Shown here in pieces: positions 19,567 through 28,895 of a stretch of 64,000 nt of DNA. The stretch's first letter is position 1, and each line of letters begins with the position of its first letter. A program made the translations under genes and the position numbers. The stretch covers positions 439-64,438 of the forward strand of contig CAVSIB010000055.1 in the NCBI GenBank assembly GCA_963727835.1, given 5' to 3'. Under the pieces are notes generated by a model. That model did no database searches, was not told the origin of the DNA, and saw nothing but the letters and a program-made list of their open reading frames with translations. The stretch is from an uncultured delta proteobacterium (lineage in GTDB: Bacteria; Desulfobacterota; WTBG01; JAGOGO01).

Positions 19567-21524
19567 TCTGTTTTCGTCGCGTAAAGAGCTACCCGATAGC
19601 ATCGAAGACACCGCTCTGCCTCCCGAATCGCCGTATCCGGGGGAAATCCTAATTCTACTTCATCAAAACTGTGGATTCGGGTCTGCGGTGAGAGGTGCCC
19701 CATCTTTGCTTTTGGAACTCCACCAACAATCCCCAGTTTCTCATTTTTATCATACACGCCAATTTCACTTACCATCTTTTCTTGCCGTCGGTAATCGGGG
19801 AGGATCATCTTCTGACCGGTGAGGTACTGATCAATGGCGATGGCAGCATCATAACCAGCGGCCAATGCTCCCACCAACACATCCGGACCGGTCACACAAT
19901 CACCCCCGGAAAAAATCCCCTCCTGTGAAGTCGCCATGCTGTCCGCATCAACCACAATCGTGCTCCACTTGGTTTTTGTAACACCACTCCCCTCAGGAAG
20001 TAATGAGAGATCAACATCCTGACCAATAGCCGGAATCAGCACATCGGTCTCGATAATAAATTCCGAGCCTTTAACTTCTACGGGTCTTCTCCTTCCGCTT
20101 TCATCCGGTTCGCCCAACTCCATCCGGATACATTCGACCGCGGTAACCCGGTGGTTCTCCGTAATGATCCGCTTCGGGAGAGTGAGAAAATGGAAGTTCA
20201 CTCCTTCTATTTCAGCGTCTTCAATTTCCACGGGGTCCGCCGGCATCTCAGCACGGGAGCGACGGTAAACGATGTTAGAATCAGTAAACCCTACCCGAAA
20301 GGCGGAGCGAACACAGTCAATTGCCACATTCCCTCCTCCTACCACGAGGAGCTTTTTTCCTTTATAAATTTCTTTGCCCAGGTTGATGTCCCGGAGAAAT
20401 TCAACGCCTTTGACAAAGCCTTGATAGCCGGCGTCTTCGCCGTCAACTCCCATTTTTTTACTCAAGTGGGCGCCGACGCCGATGAAGATAGCGCGAAAAC
20501 CCTGAGCTTTCATCTCGTCCAGGGTAATGTCTTTGCCCACACGGGTGTTGTACTGTATTTCCACTCCCCGTTTCTTTATCACCTCAATTTCGTACTGGAG
20601 AATGTTCCGGGGAAGCCGGTAGTCAGGGATACCCACGGCAGCCATGCCTCCGCCTTCCGGCAAGGCCTCGAAAATTTTCACCGGATACCCTTTTAAGCTT
20701 AAATAAAACGCACAGGCAAGACCAGCCGGTCCAGCGCCGACCACCCCAATCTTGTGCTCTTTCTTGGTTTCACTTTTCAGTTGAGGCTCGATCTGGTGCT
20801 CAATCTCATAGTCACCGACAAACCGCTTCAAGGTCTTAATTTGAATCGGCTCATCCAGATTCGCCCTCCGGCAATGGAACTCACAGGGCCGGATACACAC
20901 CCGACCGCACACTCCGGGAAGAGCATTCCGCTCCCGAATAAGGCTCAGGGAGTCTTCAAACCTGAGGTTTTTGATCAGTTCAACGTAGGACGGAACATCA
21001 AGATGCACCGGGCACGCATCCATGCAGGGTGCCGTAACCTGGAAGTGATAATTTCCTTTGGGTAATTCTTTCTTCTCGGCAACGTGTTTTTCAAACGCGG
21101 CTTTAAAGTGCGTGAGCGCGTGGAGTATGGGGACCGGGCCGGATTTACCAATTTCACATTTCGCACTCGTAAGAATTTCCTCCCCCAGTCTTTCCAGAGT
21201 TTCTAAATCTTCTTTTTTCCCTTTTCCCGAACAAATGCGGCTTAAGGTTTCCCGCATTATCCGCGTCCCAACCCGGCAGGGAATACATCGTCCGCACGAA
21301 GCGCCCTGAATGGCCTCGAGATACGCTCTCGCCATATCCACAATATTAACAACCATCTCATCCTTCAGCACAATCCCGTCCCACCCCATGAAGCCGACAA
21401 TTTTTTCATTTCCGGCATAGACATCCGGCAATTTTTTCGGCTCAGCTTCCTGGAATGCCTCCGGAGCCTTTCCCCGGTTATCAACTACTTTGTTCGCCCA
21501 GCTGCTGAATAATACTTTTCCCAT
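19563..21524 (-). CDS. sfrB: SfrB-like FAD/NADPH oxidoreductase (NuoF 4Fe-4S region fused to a GltD/NfnB-like domain)
   Basis: N-terminal VLFSSW...VDNR...GFMGWDGI as recalled for SfrB; CGRCIPCRVG; CMDACP...CGRVCIRPCE.HCRR; GAGPAG; GGGNVAIDC...YRRSRAEMPA; C-terminal EAERCLRCYR. ATG at 21524. Confidence 0.87.
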   Translation of the reverse strand: MGKVLFSSWANKVVDNRGKAPEAFQEAEPKKLPDVYAGNEKIVGFMGWDGIVLKDEMVVNIVDMARAYLEAIQGASCGRCIPCRVGTRIMRETLSRICSGKGKKEDLETLERLGEEILTSAKCEIGKSGPVPILHALTHFKAAFEKHVAEKKELPKGNYHFQVTAPCMDACPVHLDVPSYVELIKNLRFEDSLSLIRERNALPGVCGRVCIRPCEFHCRRANLDEPIQIKTLKRFVGDYEIEHQIEPQLKSETKKEHKIGVVGAGPAGLACAFYLSLKGYPVKIFEALPEGGGMAAVGIPDYRLPRNILQYEIEVIKKRGVEIQYNTRVGKDITLDEMKAQGFRAIFIGVGAHLSKKMGVDGEDAGYQGFVKGVEFLRDINLGKEIYKGKKLLVVGGGNVAIDCVRSAFRVGFTDSNIVYRRSRAEMPADPVEIEDAEIEGVNFHFLTLPKRIITENHRVTAVECIRMELGEPDESGRRRPVEVKGSEFIIETDVLIPAIGQDVDLSLLPEGSGVTKTKWSTIVVDADSMATSQEGIFSGGDCVTGPDVLVGALAAGYDAAIAIDQYLTGQKMILPDYRRQEKMVSEIGVYDKNEKLGIVGGVPKAKMGHLSPQTRIHSFDEVELGFPPDTAIREAERCLRCYRVALYATKTE

Positions 21525-21537
21525 AATCTTATTTACT

Positions 21538-22734
21538 TTACTTATCAATTTCGCCGAGAACAATATCCATACTGCCGATAATAGCCACAATATCAGCTAA
21601 CAATCGGCCCTTTGCTAAAGTCTCAAGCGCCATTAAATTCATAAACGAAGGGGTCTTGATTTTAACCCGATACGGTTTAGAACTCCCGTCGCTGACGATA
21701 TAAAATCCTAATTCACCCCGCGGGGTCTCAATTGCCTGGTATACCTCCCCTTCCGGCACTTTGAATCCTTCACTGATGATCTTGAAATGATGAATTAAGG
21801 CACCGATATCAGTCATCACCTTTTCTTTTATTGGGGGAATGACTTTTGCATCATCCGCGTAAATAGGCCCGGGTTTAAGTTTTTTCAATCCCTGTTTGAT
21901 TAAATCGATACTTTGTTTCATTTCTTCAATGCGAACCCGGTATCGGTCATACACATCCCCGTTTTTGCCCAGGATAAAGTCAAATTGATAATTTTCATAC
22001 CCACTGTAAGGATTCGTCTTCCTTAAATCCCATTTAAAGCCGCAAGACCGTAACGTCGGGCCGGTTGTTCCCAGGTTGATCGCTTCTTCCGCCGTTATTT
22101 TTCCTACTCCCTTGGTCCGGTTGATCCAAATCGGGTTATTGGTGAGCAAATCCTCATACTCTGTAATGTGCTTGGGAAATGTTTCTGTAAACTCCGCGAT
22201 CTTATCCCTGGCCGCGCTCATGACGTCTCCGTTAACTCCGCCGACCCGGATATAGCTCGGATTCATCCGCGCTCCTGCCACCATCTCAAAGATATCCAAG
22301 ATCTCTTCCCGCTCTCGGAAACAATACATGATCGGACTCATCGCCCCGATGTCAAGGACGTGGGTTCCCATCCAGACCAAGTGGCTCTGGATCCTGGTCA
22401 ATTCCACCATGATAACCCGAATAACTTGTGCACGCTCTGGCATCTGGATTCCCAAAAGCCTTTCCACTGCCAGTGCGTACCCGAAATTGTTCACCATGGG
22501 ACTGAGGTAATCTAATCGGTCGGTTAAGGGAATAACTTGATGGTAGGTTTTATTTTCGGCAAGTTTCTCAATTCCCCGATGAAGGTGTCCCAAATGGGGG
22601 ATTACCCTCAAAATCACTTCGCCGTCAAGCTCCAGGTCAACCCTCAACACCCCGTGAGTACTTGGGTGCTGGGGACCCATGTGCAGAATCATGGTTTCCG
22701 TGTGCAGGTGTGGGTTTAGTCGCGCTTCCGCCAC
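21538..22734 (-). CDS. nuoD: NADH-quinone oxidoreductase subunit D
   Basis: MGPQHPSTHGVLR, HRGIEK, DRLDY, ETPRGELG and DIVLGEIDK motifs. Confidence 0.97.
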   Translation of the reverse strand: MAEARLNPHLHTETMILHMGPQHPSTHGVLRVDLELDGEVILRVIPHLGHLHRGIEKLAENKTYHQVIPLTDRLDYLSPMVNNFGYALAVERLLGIQMPERAQVIRVIMVELTRIQSHLVWMGTHVLDIGAMSPIMYCFREREEILDIFEMVAGARMNPSYIRVGGVNGDVMSAARDKIAEFTETFPKHITEYEDLLTNNPIWINRTKGVGKITAEEAINLGTTGPTLRSCGFKWDLRKTNPYSGYENYQFDFILGKNGDVYDRYRVRIEEMKQSIDLIKQGLKKLKPGPIYADDAKVIPPIKEKVMTDIGALIHHFKIISEGFKVPEGEVYQAIETPRGELGFYIVSDGSSKPYRVKIKTPSFMNLMALETLAKGRLLADIVAIIGSMDIVLGEIDK

Positions 22735-23234
22735 TGCACTCCTCCTTCGTGTCCGGCGATTATCTCCGCCTTGCCCAGTAAAGGATAATCCTTCCGGAGC
22801 GGAAACCCATCAAATTCCTCAATCGTCAGAAGCCGCAGCAAATCAGGATGCCCATCGAATTCAATCCCAAACATTTCATGGCATTCCCGTTCCGGCCAGT
22901 CGGCAGCTTTCCAGATACCAGTCATCGTAGGAACACTTTCATTCTCACCCACTTCGGTTTTCACCCGAAGCCACTGGTGCGTTCGGGTGGAATAAAGCTG
23001 ATAGATTAACTCAAACCGTTTATCCTTTTTCCCTTGATAATCCACCCCACCGAAGTCGGAAAGAAGATCAAAGCTGAGTTCCTTATCTTCCTTGAGAAGG
23101 CAACAAACTCTTTTCACATCTTCCTTATCCACGAGGATCCCGGGATCCCCGAAAGCCGTTATAATTTTTTTAACCACTCCGGGGAAAGCTTGTTCGAGTT
23201 TTTTTATCGCAGGGTGTTCCTGGGTCATAGTCAT
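22716..23234 (-). CDS. nuoC: NADH-quinone oxidoreductase subunit C
   Basis: ADWPERECHEMFGIEFDGHPDL.R...FPLRKDYP motif. Confidence 0.96.
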   Translation of the reverse strand: MTMTQEHPAIKKLEQAFPGVVKKIITAFGDPGILVDKEDVKRVCCLLKEDKELSFDLLSDFGGVDYQGKKDKRFELIYQLYSTRTHQWLRVKTEVGENESVPTMTGIWKAADWPERECHEMFGIEFDGHPDLLRLLTIEEFDGFPLRKDYPLLGKAEIIAGHEGGVQWRKRD

Positions 23235-23241
23235 AATTCGA

Positions 23242-23721
23242 TTACTTCCGATCCGAAAACTTTTCGTTTTTAATCTTATTCTGAATCTGGATGATCGCGT
23301 GAATCAACCCTTCCGGTTTAGGAGGACAGCCGGGCACATAAACATCTACCGGGATAATCCGGTCAACGCCTTGCACTACAGCATAAGAATTAAATATTCC
23401 TCCGGTAGCCGCGCAAGCGCCCATAGCGATCACCCATTTAGGCTCAGCCATCTGTTCGTAAATCCTCCGCACGACCGAAGCCATCTTGTTGGTAACGGTT
23501 CCGGCGACAATCATCAAATCCGCTTGCCGGGGTGAGGCCCGAAACACCTCCGCGCCAAACCGGGCTAAGTCATACCGGGGCATACAAGAAGTCATCATCT
23601 CAATTGCGCAGCAGGCCAAGCCAAACGTGGCCGGCCATAAGGAAGACCTCCGTCCCCAGTTTACCAGCGACTCTAATGTCGTGGTGATGATATTTTCTCC
23701 CAAGTGGCTTTCTAATCCCAT
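23242..23721 (-). CDS. nuoB: NADH-quinone oxidoreductase subunit B
   Basis: [24 protein letters not shown] and PGCPP motifs. Confidence 0.97.
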   Translation of the reverse strand: MGLESHLGENIITTTLESLVNWGRRSSLWPATFGLACCAIEMMTSCMPRYDLARFGAEVFRASPRQADLMIVAGTVTNKMASVVRRIYEQMAEPKWVIAMGACAATGGIFNSYAVVQGVDRIIPVDVYVPGCPPKPEGLIHAIIQIQNKIKNEKFSDRK

Positions 23722-24068
23722 TCAAAAGCCCCTTTCTTCCAAACATAGATAAACCCAACCAGCAGAACAAGAATAAAAAACCCCATCTCTACCAGTCCAA
23801 ATACGCCGAGCCTCCGATAAATCACTGCCCAGGGGTAAAGATATAATGCCTCAATATCAAAGAGAATAAAAATCATGGTGGTAATATAGAACTTAATCGA
23901 AAACCGTTGCCTGGCAGTACCAACCGGATCAATACCGCATTCGTACGGCATGAGCTTTGTGTCGCTCTTCTTTTTTTGTCCTAAAAGGGCGGAAAGAAGG
24001 AGGGTTACTCCAGCAAAACCAAAAACAATTACCATAAGAATTAATATTTGTAAGTATTCTTTAAGCAT
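23712..24068 (-). CDS. nuoA: NADH-quinone oxidoreductase subunit A
   Basis: PYECG and [15 protein letters not shown] motifs. 118 aa from the ATG at 24068. Confidence 0.96.
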   Translation of the reverse strand: MLKEYLQILILMVIVFGFAGVTLLLSALLGQKKKSDTKLMPYECGIDPVGTARQRFSIKFYITTMIFILFDIEALYLYPWAVIYRRLGVFGLVEMGFFILVLLVGFIYVWKKGAFEWD

Positions 24069-24175
24069 GGGGTTTGCTACTGAAGTAAAAAAAGAGGAAG
24101 ATCGTGCTGTGTCCCTTAAAAAAATTTTTAAAAATATTACTGAATGAATGGTCATTCATCGGATAAAGTTTCCTT

Positions 24176-24205
24176 AAAATACTAAATTTAAATTTCCGCT
24201 GTCAA
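24176..24205 (-). promoter_or_regulatory. Putative sigma70 promoter of the nuo operon
   Basis: Minus-strand TTGACA-N18-TATTTT about 110 bp upstream of nuoA. Confidence 0.4.
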
Positions 24206-24404
24206 GGCAATTCTTCCGTATACTGCATTTTCTTTAAAACAATATAAAATCATTAATTTTTTCATAAAAAACAACGTTAAAAAATACCTTGATCGGGGTT
24301 ATGGATTGGCTGTGGTTGGTCAGGGAAAGAGAGAAAGAAACCTTTAATTCTCCCCTCTTTTTTATAGACTTTTTTCCCACTTGGGAGTAAAATATGAAAA
24401 TCCT

Positions 24405-24518
24405 CAAAATTCCTATCCCTGTAGCAAAAGCTACAGGGATAGGAATTTTGCCCCTTTGGGTACGGATTTTAACCCTAAAGGGCTGGTAATTGTTTTTACC
24501 CTGCAGCAAGCTGCAGGG
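24405..24518. repeat. Triple-hairpin palindromic element (possible IS200/IS605-type non-autonomous end pair)
   Basis: Perfect 21-bp stem 24405-24425/24430-24450 with an AAAA loop; imperfect GCCC..GGGC stem 24450-24483; CCCTGCAGC-AA-GCTGCAGGG at 24499-24518. Confidence 0.75.
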
Positions 24519-24976
24519 AATTAGCAAGTTAAAAAAATAGAAATTATTAACCCTCCCCCTTCCCTTAACCAATAATCACAGTAGAAAAAAATGGTGCCGC
24601 TGTGGAAGGATCTTCCATAAACGACGAAAACAAAAAATTAGGCCGAATGGCCCGGATACAGAGGCGACCGGTCTTTTTTAGTTTTGGGGTACGACTTAAT
24701 CAGTGCAATCTTAGATTTGGATAGGGCTATTTTACGGGTATGCGTATAACACGATGTCGATAAAATAAAATAAAGGGCGAAAACACCAACCCAGCGAACA
24801 ACCTAAAACAAACCCTTCAAATCCAATGCAAGAACCTCCGATAATGTGAGCTCCGCTTAAATCGAAGCATCCCATTCGTAACGAATAATCTCCATTGACT
24901 AATTTTTCTTTTTTATAATAATGTGATATTTATGAAAAAATAAAAAAATGTCTCTAAAAATGAACACTAACTACAG

Positions 24977-26395
24977 GTGATTGCTATGGTTCCGGCAAAT
25001 TTCCATCCTGATACTCCCGAAGATCTGATTCCAGAGTATCAAGCAGAAATGGTTTATGAATGCATTGGCTGCGGAAAAAGCTTTGACATCAACCAGTTTT
25101 TATACACCTGCCCTCAATGCAAAAGTCTCCTGAGAATAAAAAATGTAAGTTTCTCAAAGCTTAAGGAAAAACCAGGTGAGTACTGGCAGGAAGTTTTTGA
25201 TTATCGAAAAATGCTCAACATTGCCTCATTAAAAGGAATCTTCAGGTTTTACGAGTTTATTTTTCCGATTATCCCTCTCGAGGACATTATTTATCTCGGC
25301 GAAGGGGATACCCCGATCGTTAAATCAAATCCGGAATTGAGTGATTTTATCGGCAAGGAATTCTACGTTAAAAACGACGGGCTTAACCCTTCGGTAAGTT
25401 TTAAGGATCGGGGAATGGCAAGTGCCGTCAGTTTTATCAACTACATGATCAAGAAATTCAAGATCCAGGAACTTCTCGGTATCTGCGCCTCAACCGGTGA
25501 TACCTCGGCGTCTGCGGCTCTTTACCTGAGCTATTTAGATAAAAAAATCGTTCGCTCCGTAGTCCTGCTTCCGGAGGGAAAAGTCACCCCCGCTCAACTT
25601 TCCCAGCCCCTCGGAAGCGGAGCCACGGTGATTGAAATTCCCGGAGTCTTTGATGACTGCATGCAGATCGTGGAAGAGCTGGCGGAGAACTATCAAGTCT
25701 GCCTGCTTAACTCCAAAAATCCAATCCGCATCCAGGGACAAAAATCGTTTTCATTTGAGATCGCCCAGCAAATGGATTACAAGACCGACAATCTGGTGGT
25801 GGTTGTCCCCATTGGCAATGCGGGAAACGTAACCGCGATTATGGAGGGTTTTCTGGAATTTTTTCAGACCGGGGTTATCAAAACCCTTCCGTTGATTATC
25901 GGAGTCCAAAGCACCCATGCCAACCCGGTTGTGCAATGGAAGGAACGCGGCGTCTATACCCCGATGAGCGTTAAGCCGAGCGTTGCTCAGGCGGCCATGA
26001 TCGGAAACCCAGTTTCCTTTCCCAAGGTCTCACACTTGGTGGAAAATTATTTTAAGAAAAATTTCTTGGCGGTATCCGTAACCGAACAGGAGATCATCGA
26101 GGGGATGCTTCAGGCAAACCGGCATGGACATGTGGTTTGCACGCAAGGAGGAGAGTCTATCATGGGGCTTAAAGCCGCTCTCACAAAAGGAATCATCCCG
26201 GAGAACGCTGACGTGGTGGTGGATTCAACCTCGCACCAGTTAAAGTTCATGAACTTCCAGCAGATGTATTTCGAAGACTCCTATCCTCCTGAGTTTGAGA
26301 TTCATCCCCGGAAGGAACTGCAAAATAGTCCTTTTCAGCTCAAAGCGTCGGCTTCGGAAATCGCCTCATTTCTGAAATTGAAAAAGAAAGTTTAA
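24977..26395 (+). CDS. thrC: Threonine synthase (long form with N-terminal Cys motifs)
   Basis: LGEGDTP, NPSVSFKDRGM (PLP Lys), CASTGDTSASAA and PIGNAGN motifs. Confidence 0.93.
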   Translation: MIAMVPANFHPDTPEDLIPEYQAEMVYECIGCGKSFDINQFLYTCPQCKSLLRIKNVSFSKLKEKPGEYWQEVFDYRKMLNIASLKGIFRFYEFIFPIIPLEDIIYLGEGDTPIVKSNPELSDFIGKEFYVKNDGLNPSVSFKDRGMASAVSFINYMIKKFKIQELLGICASTGDTSASAALYLSYLDKKIVRSVVLLPEGKVTPAQLSQPLGSGATVIEIPGVFDDCMQIVEELAENYQVCLLNSKNPIRIQGQKSFSFEIAQQMDYKTDNLVVVVPIGNAGNVTAIMEGFLEFFQTGVIKTLPLIIGVQSTHANPVVQWKERGVYTPMSVKPSVAQAAMIGNPVSFPKVSHLVENYFKKNFLAVSVTEQEIIEGMLQANRHGHVVCTQGGESIMGLKAALTKGIIPENADVVVDSTSHQLKFMNFQQMYFEDSYPPEFEIHPRKELQNSPFQLKASASEIASFLKLKKKV

Positions 26396-26415
26396 TGAAC
26401 AGGAGAAAAAAATCC

Positions 26416-27462
26416 ATGGAAAAAATCCGTATTGGTGTGATCGGCTCCACCAGTCTCACGGCTCAAGTCTTACTTCAGCTCCTTGTCCGGCACAATCACG
26501 TTGAACTTAGGATCCTCACGTCAGAAAGCAGGCCCGGAGAAAAAGCGGCTCACTATTACAAGTTTCTCAAAGGAAAATTTTCCGGTGTCTTTAACGAATA
26601 TGATGAAAAAGAAATTTTGGAAGAAACAGATGTGGTTTTTCTTGCCAAACAGCACGGGGAGTTTTTAGCCCAGACCATCACGCTCTTTAATCAGGCCAAA
26701 AAGAAAAATAAGAATTTTAAAATAATTGACCTGAGCGCGGACTTCCGGCTTAAGAATCCCAAAGACTATGAAAAGTGGTACAGTTTTAAACATCCGGACG
26801 AAGCATTGCTTAAAAAATCGGTTTACGGACTTCCGGAGCTTTATCGAAAAAAAATCAAGCAGGCCAGCTTGATCGCTAACCCCGGGTGTTACCCGACCAC
26901 CGTGATTTTAGGCGTTGCGCCTTTTCTTTTCCATCGCACGGTTGACCCAAGCTCCATTATTGTTGATGCCTATTCCGGAACCTCGGGAGCCGGAGTGCGG
27001 CCCAATGAACGGAACATGGCCATCTCCACCATGGAAAATATTCTGCCTTACAAGATAGGGACTCATCAGCATACTCCGGAGATGGAGCAGGAACTCAGCG
27101 CTGTGGGAAAAAGCCGGGTAACCATAACCTTTGTCCCCCATGTTGTTCCCTTCCGCTTTGGCATGCTTTCCAATATCTATCTTAAACCCTTTAAATCTCT
27201 GCCGACAGAAAAGGGGGTTGCGCTGCTTAAAAATTTTTACCGGAATGAACCCTTTGTCCGGGTTCTCGATCCGGGTGAATACCCGGAGATAAGGAACGTC
27301 GTGGGAACCAACTGGTGCGAACTGGGCTATACCTATGATCCGCGCACCAATACCAGCATTGTATTAAGCGCGATCGATAATGCGGTCAAGGGAGCTTCCG
27401 GCCAGGCCATCCAGAATATGAACATCCTTTTCGGCTGGGAGGAAACAAACGGGCTTAGGTGA
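26416..27462 (+). CDS. argC: N-acetyl-gamma-glutamyl-phosphate reductase
   Basis: IDLSADFRL, YGLPEL, ANPGCYPT, SGTSGAG, HQHTPEM and IDNAVKGASGQAIQNMN motifs. ATG at 26416 follows AGGAGA. Confidence 0.93.
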   Translation: MEKIRIGVIGSTSLTAQVLLQLLVRHNHVELRILTSESRPGEKAAHYYKFLKGKFSGVFNEYDEKEILEETDVVFLAKQHGEFLAQTITLFNQAKKKNKNFKIIDLSADFRLKNPKDYEKWYSFKHPDEALLKKSVYGLPELYRKKIKQASLIANPGCYPTTVILGVAPFLFHRTVDPSSIIVDAYSGTSGAGVRPNERNMAISTMENILPYKIGTHQHTPEMEQELSAVGKSRVTITFVPHVVPFRFGMLSNIYLKPFKSLPTEKGVALLKNFYRNEPFVRVLDPGEYPEIRNVVGTNWCELGYTYDPRTNTSIVLSAIDNAVKGASGQAIQNMNILFGWEETNGLR

Positions 27463-27492
27463 TAGTCTACTTACTTTCAGCCTCATTGTGGT

Positions 27493-28698
27493 TTAACGCA
27501 TCACAAGATCCTTGGGTCTTCTCCTTCCCACGAGGCTGCGGAAAATTAGAAGCAATACGATAACACCCAGGATCACTCCTCCTATCTTCAGATACCGCTG
27601 CCACCCTCGGGGAACATCATTTTTAGCCAGCACATTTACCTGTCGGATCTGTTTTCCGCCCTCCTCTACGCTCACCTGCCCAACAACCGCTCCTTTTTTG
27701 ATCGGCGCGGCGATTTGCGCAGGAATGCTTTCCGTTGTTTTTACACTTTCTTTCTCCCGCACGGGAACAGTTATGACCACGCTATCCTGGGCGATTAACT
27801 CGACCGTATCAAACTTGCCTCCCTTGACAGGAATAGTCTTTACGGTACCCCCCTTTTTTAAAACTTCCTTTAAAATAAAATTGCGAAAACCATAGTTAAG
27901 TAAATTAAGGGCTTCGGCTTCTCTTATCTTGGGTTTTTCTGCTCCCAGGACAACGGCAATCAGCCGCCTCCCCTCCCTCTGCGCGGTGGCCAGGAGATGA
28001 TACCCGGATGACTTAATATAGCCGGTTTTAAGTCCATCCACCCCCACATTCATTTTTAAAAGTCCATTGCGGTTTCGCTGCGTGATGTTGTTATACGTAA
28101 ACTCTTGCATGGAGTGGAGGTTAAGCCCCTGGGGATAATCTTTGATATAATGATAGGCCAAAATCGCCATATCGCGGGCAGTGGTAGATTGACCGTCACC
28201 AGGCAATCCATGAACATTCACAAAGTGAGTATTCGTAAGCCCTAACTCTCGGGCCTTCCGATTCATTTCATCGACAAACACTTCTACTTTTCCCGACATA
28301 TGCTCAGCGACCGCAACACAGCCATCATTTGCCGAAACCACCGCAATGCCTTTCAAAAGGACCTCCAAAGGCTCTTGGGTTCCCGCCTTAAGAAACATCT
28401 GTGACCCCCCCATCGACTGGGCGTATTCACTGACGGTCACCATGTCTTTGAGGGTAATGGCGCCACTTTTGAGTCCATCCTCCACTAAATAAAGTGTCAT
28501 CACTTTAGTCAAGCTGGCTGGTTCGATCTTTTCATCGGCATTCTTTTCCAAAAGAAATTGACCAGAATTAAAGTCCAGAAGAGCAGCGGCTTTGGCATTT
28601 ACAGGAAAATTTTCCTGGCATACGCCGGTCATTCCGTCAGCAGTCAACACAACAAAAAAAACCACCATAATGAACAGCACCTGTATTCGCATCCTCAT
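27493..28698 (-). CDS. dacA: D-alanyl-D-alanine carboxypeptidase (S11, PBP5/6-like)
   Basis: PASLTK (SxxK), SAND (SxN) and KTG motifs; signal peptide and C-terminal membrane anchor. Confidence 0.92.
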   Translation of the reverse strand: MRMRIQVLFIMVVFFVVLTADGMTGVCQENFPVNAKAAALLDFNSGQFLLEKNADEKIEPASLTKVMTLYLVEDGLKSGAITLKDMVTVSEYAQSMGGSQMFLKAGTQEPLEVLLKGIAVVSANDGCVAVAEHMSGKVEVFVDEMNRKARELGLTNTHFVNVHGLPGDGQSTTARDMAILAYHYIKDYPQGLNLHSMQEFTYNNITQRNRNGLLKMNVGVDGLKTGYIKSSGYHLLATAQREGRRLIAVVLGAEKPKIREAEALNLLNYGFRNFILKEVLKKGGTVKTIPVKGGKFDTVELIAQDSVVITVPVREKESVKTTESIPAQIAAPIKKGAVVGQVSVEEGGKQIRQVNVLAKNDVPRGWQRYLKIGGVILGVIVLLLIFRSLVGRRRPKDLVMR

Positions 28699-28895
28699 AG
28701 TTCAATCCCTTTCTTTTACGATAAAAATTATTGTGTTCTTAACCTTCTCTGCTTCACGCCCCATGATCTAAAGAAAACTTCTCATAATTCTCACCCTCTC
28801 ACTCCCTCAGCAACAGGACAGGAAGGAAACTTTTCAGGGCCAGACATAATGATAAAATGAATTGTTATACTGGACGTGATCAGGGAATCCAGGCC

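Noticed and set aside
20151-20696. 181-aa plus-strand ORF, and similar antisense ORFs (17455-17991, 50311-50862, 55723-56190, 6213-6632, 5077-5553)
   Set aside because: Shadow frames opposite well-supported genes, with no motifs or RBS.
19563-21524. Reading the flavoprotein as glutamate synthase small subunit (gltD)
   Set aside because: No gltB nearby, an extra NuoF-like N-terminal module, and coupling to the nuo genes.
24586-24680. TGGTGCCG after an A-run, resembling the reverse-complement 3' end of a tRNA
   Set aside because: No T-loop (GGTTCGA/TCGAACC) at the required spacing and no cloverleaf; only a short TGGAAG/CTTCCA hairpin.
24693-24703. GACTTAATCAG shared with 43271-43281, both preceded by GGGG
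   Set aside because: An 11-mer match is expected many times by chance in 64 kb, and the flanks do not align.
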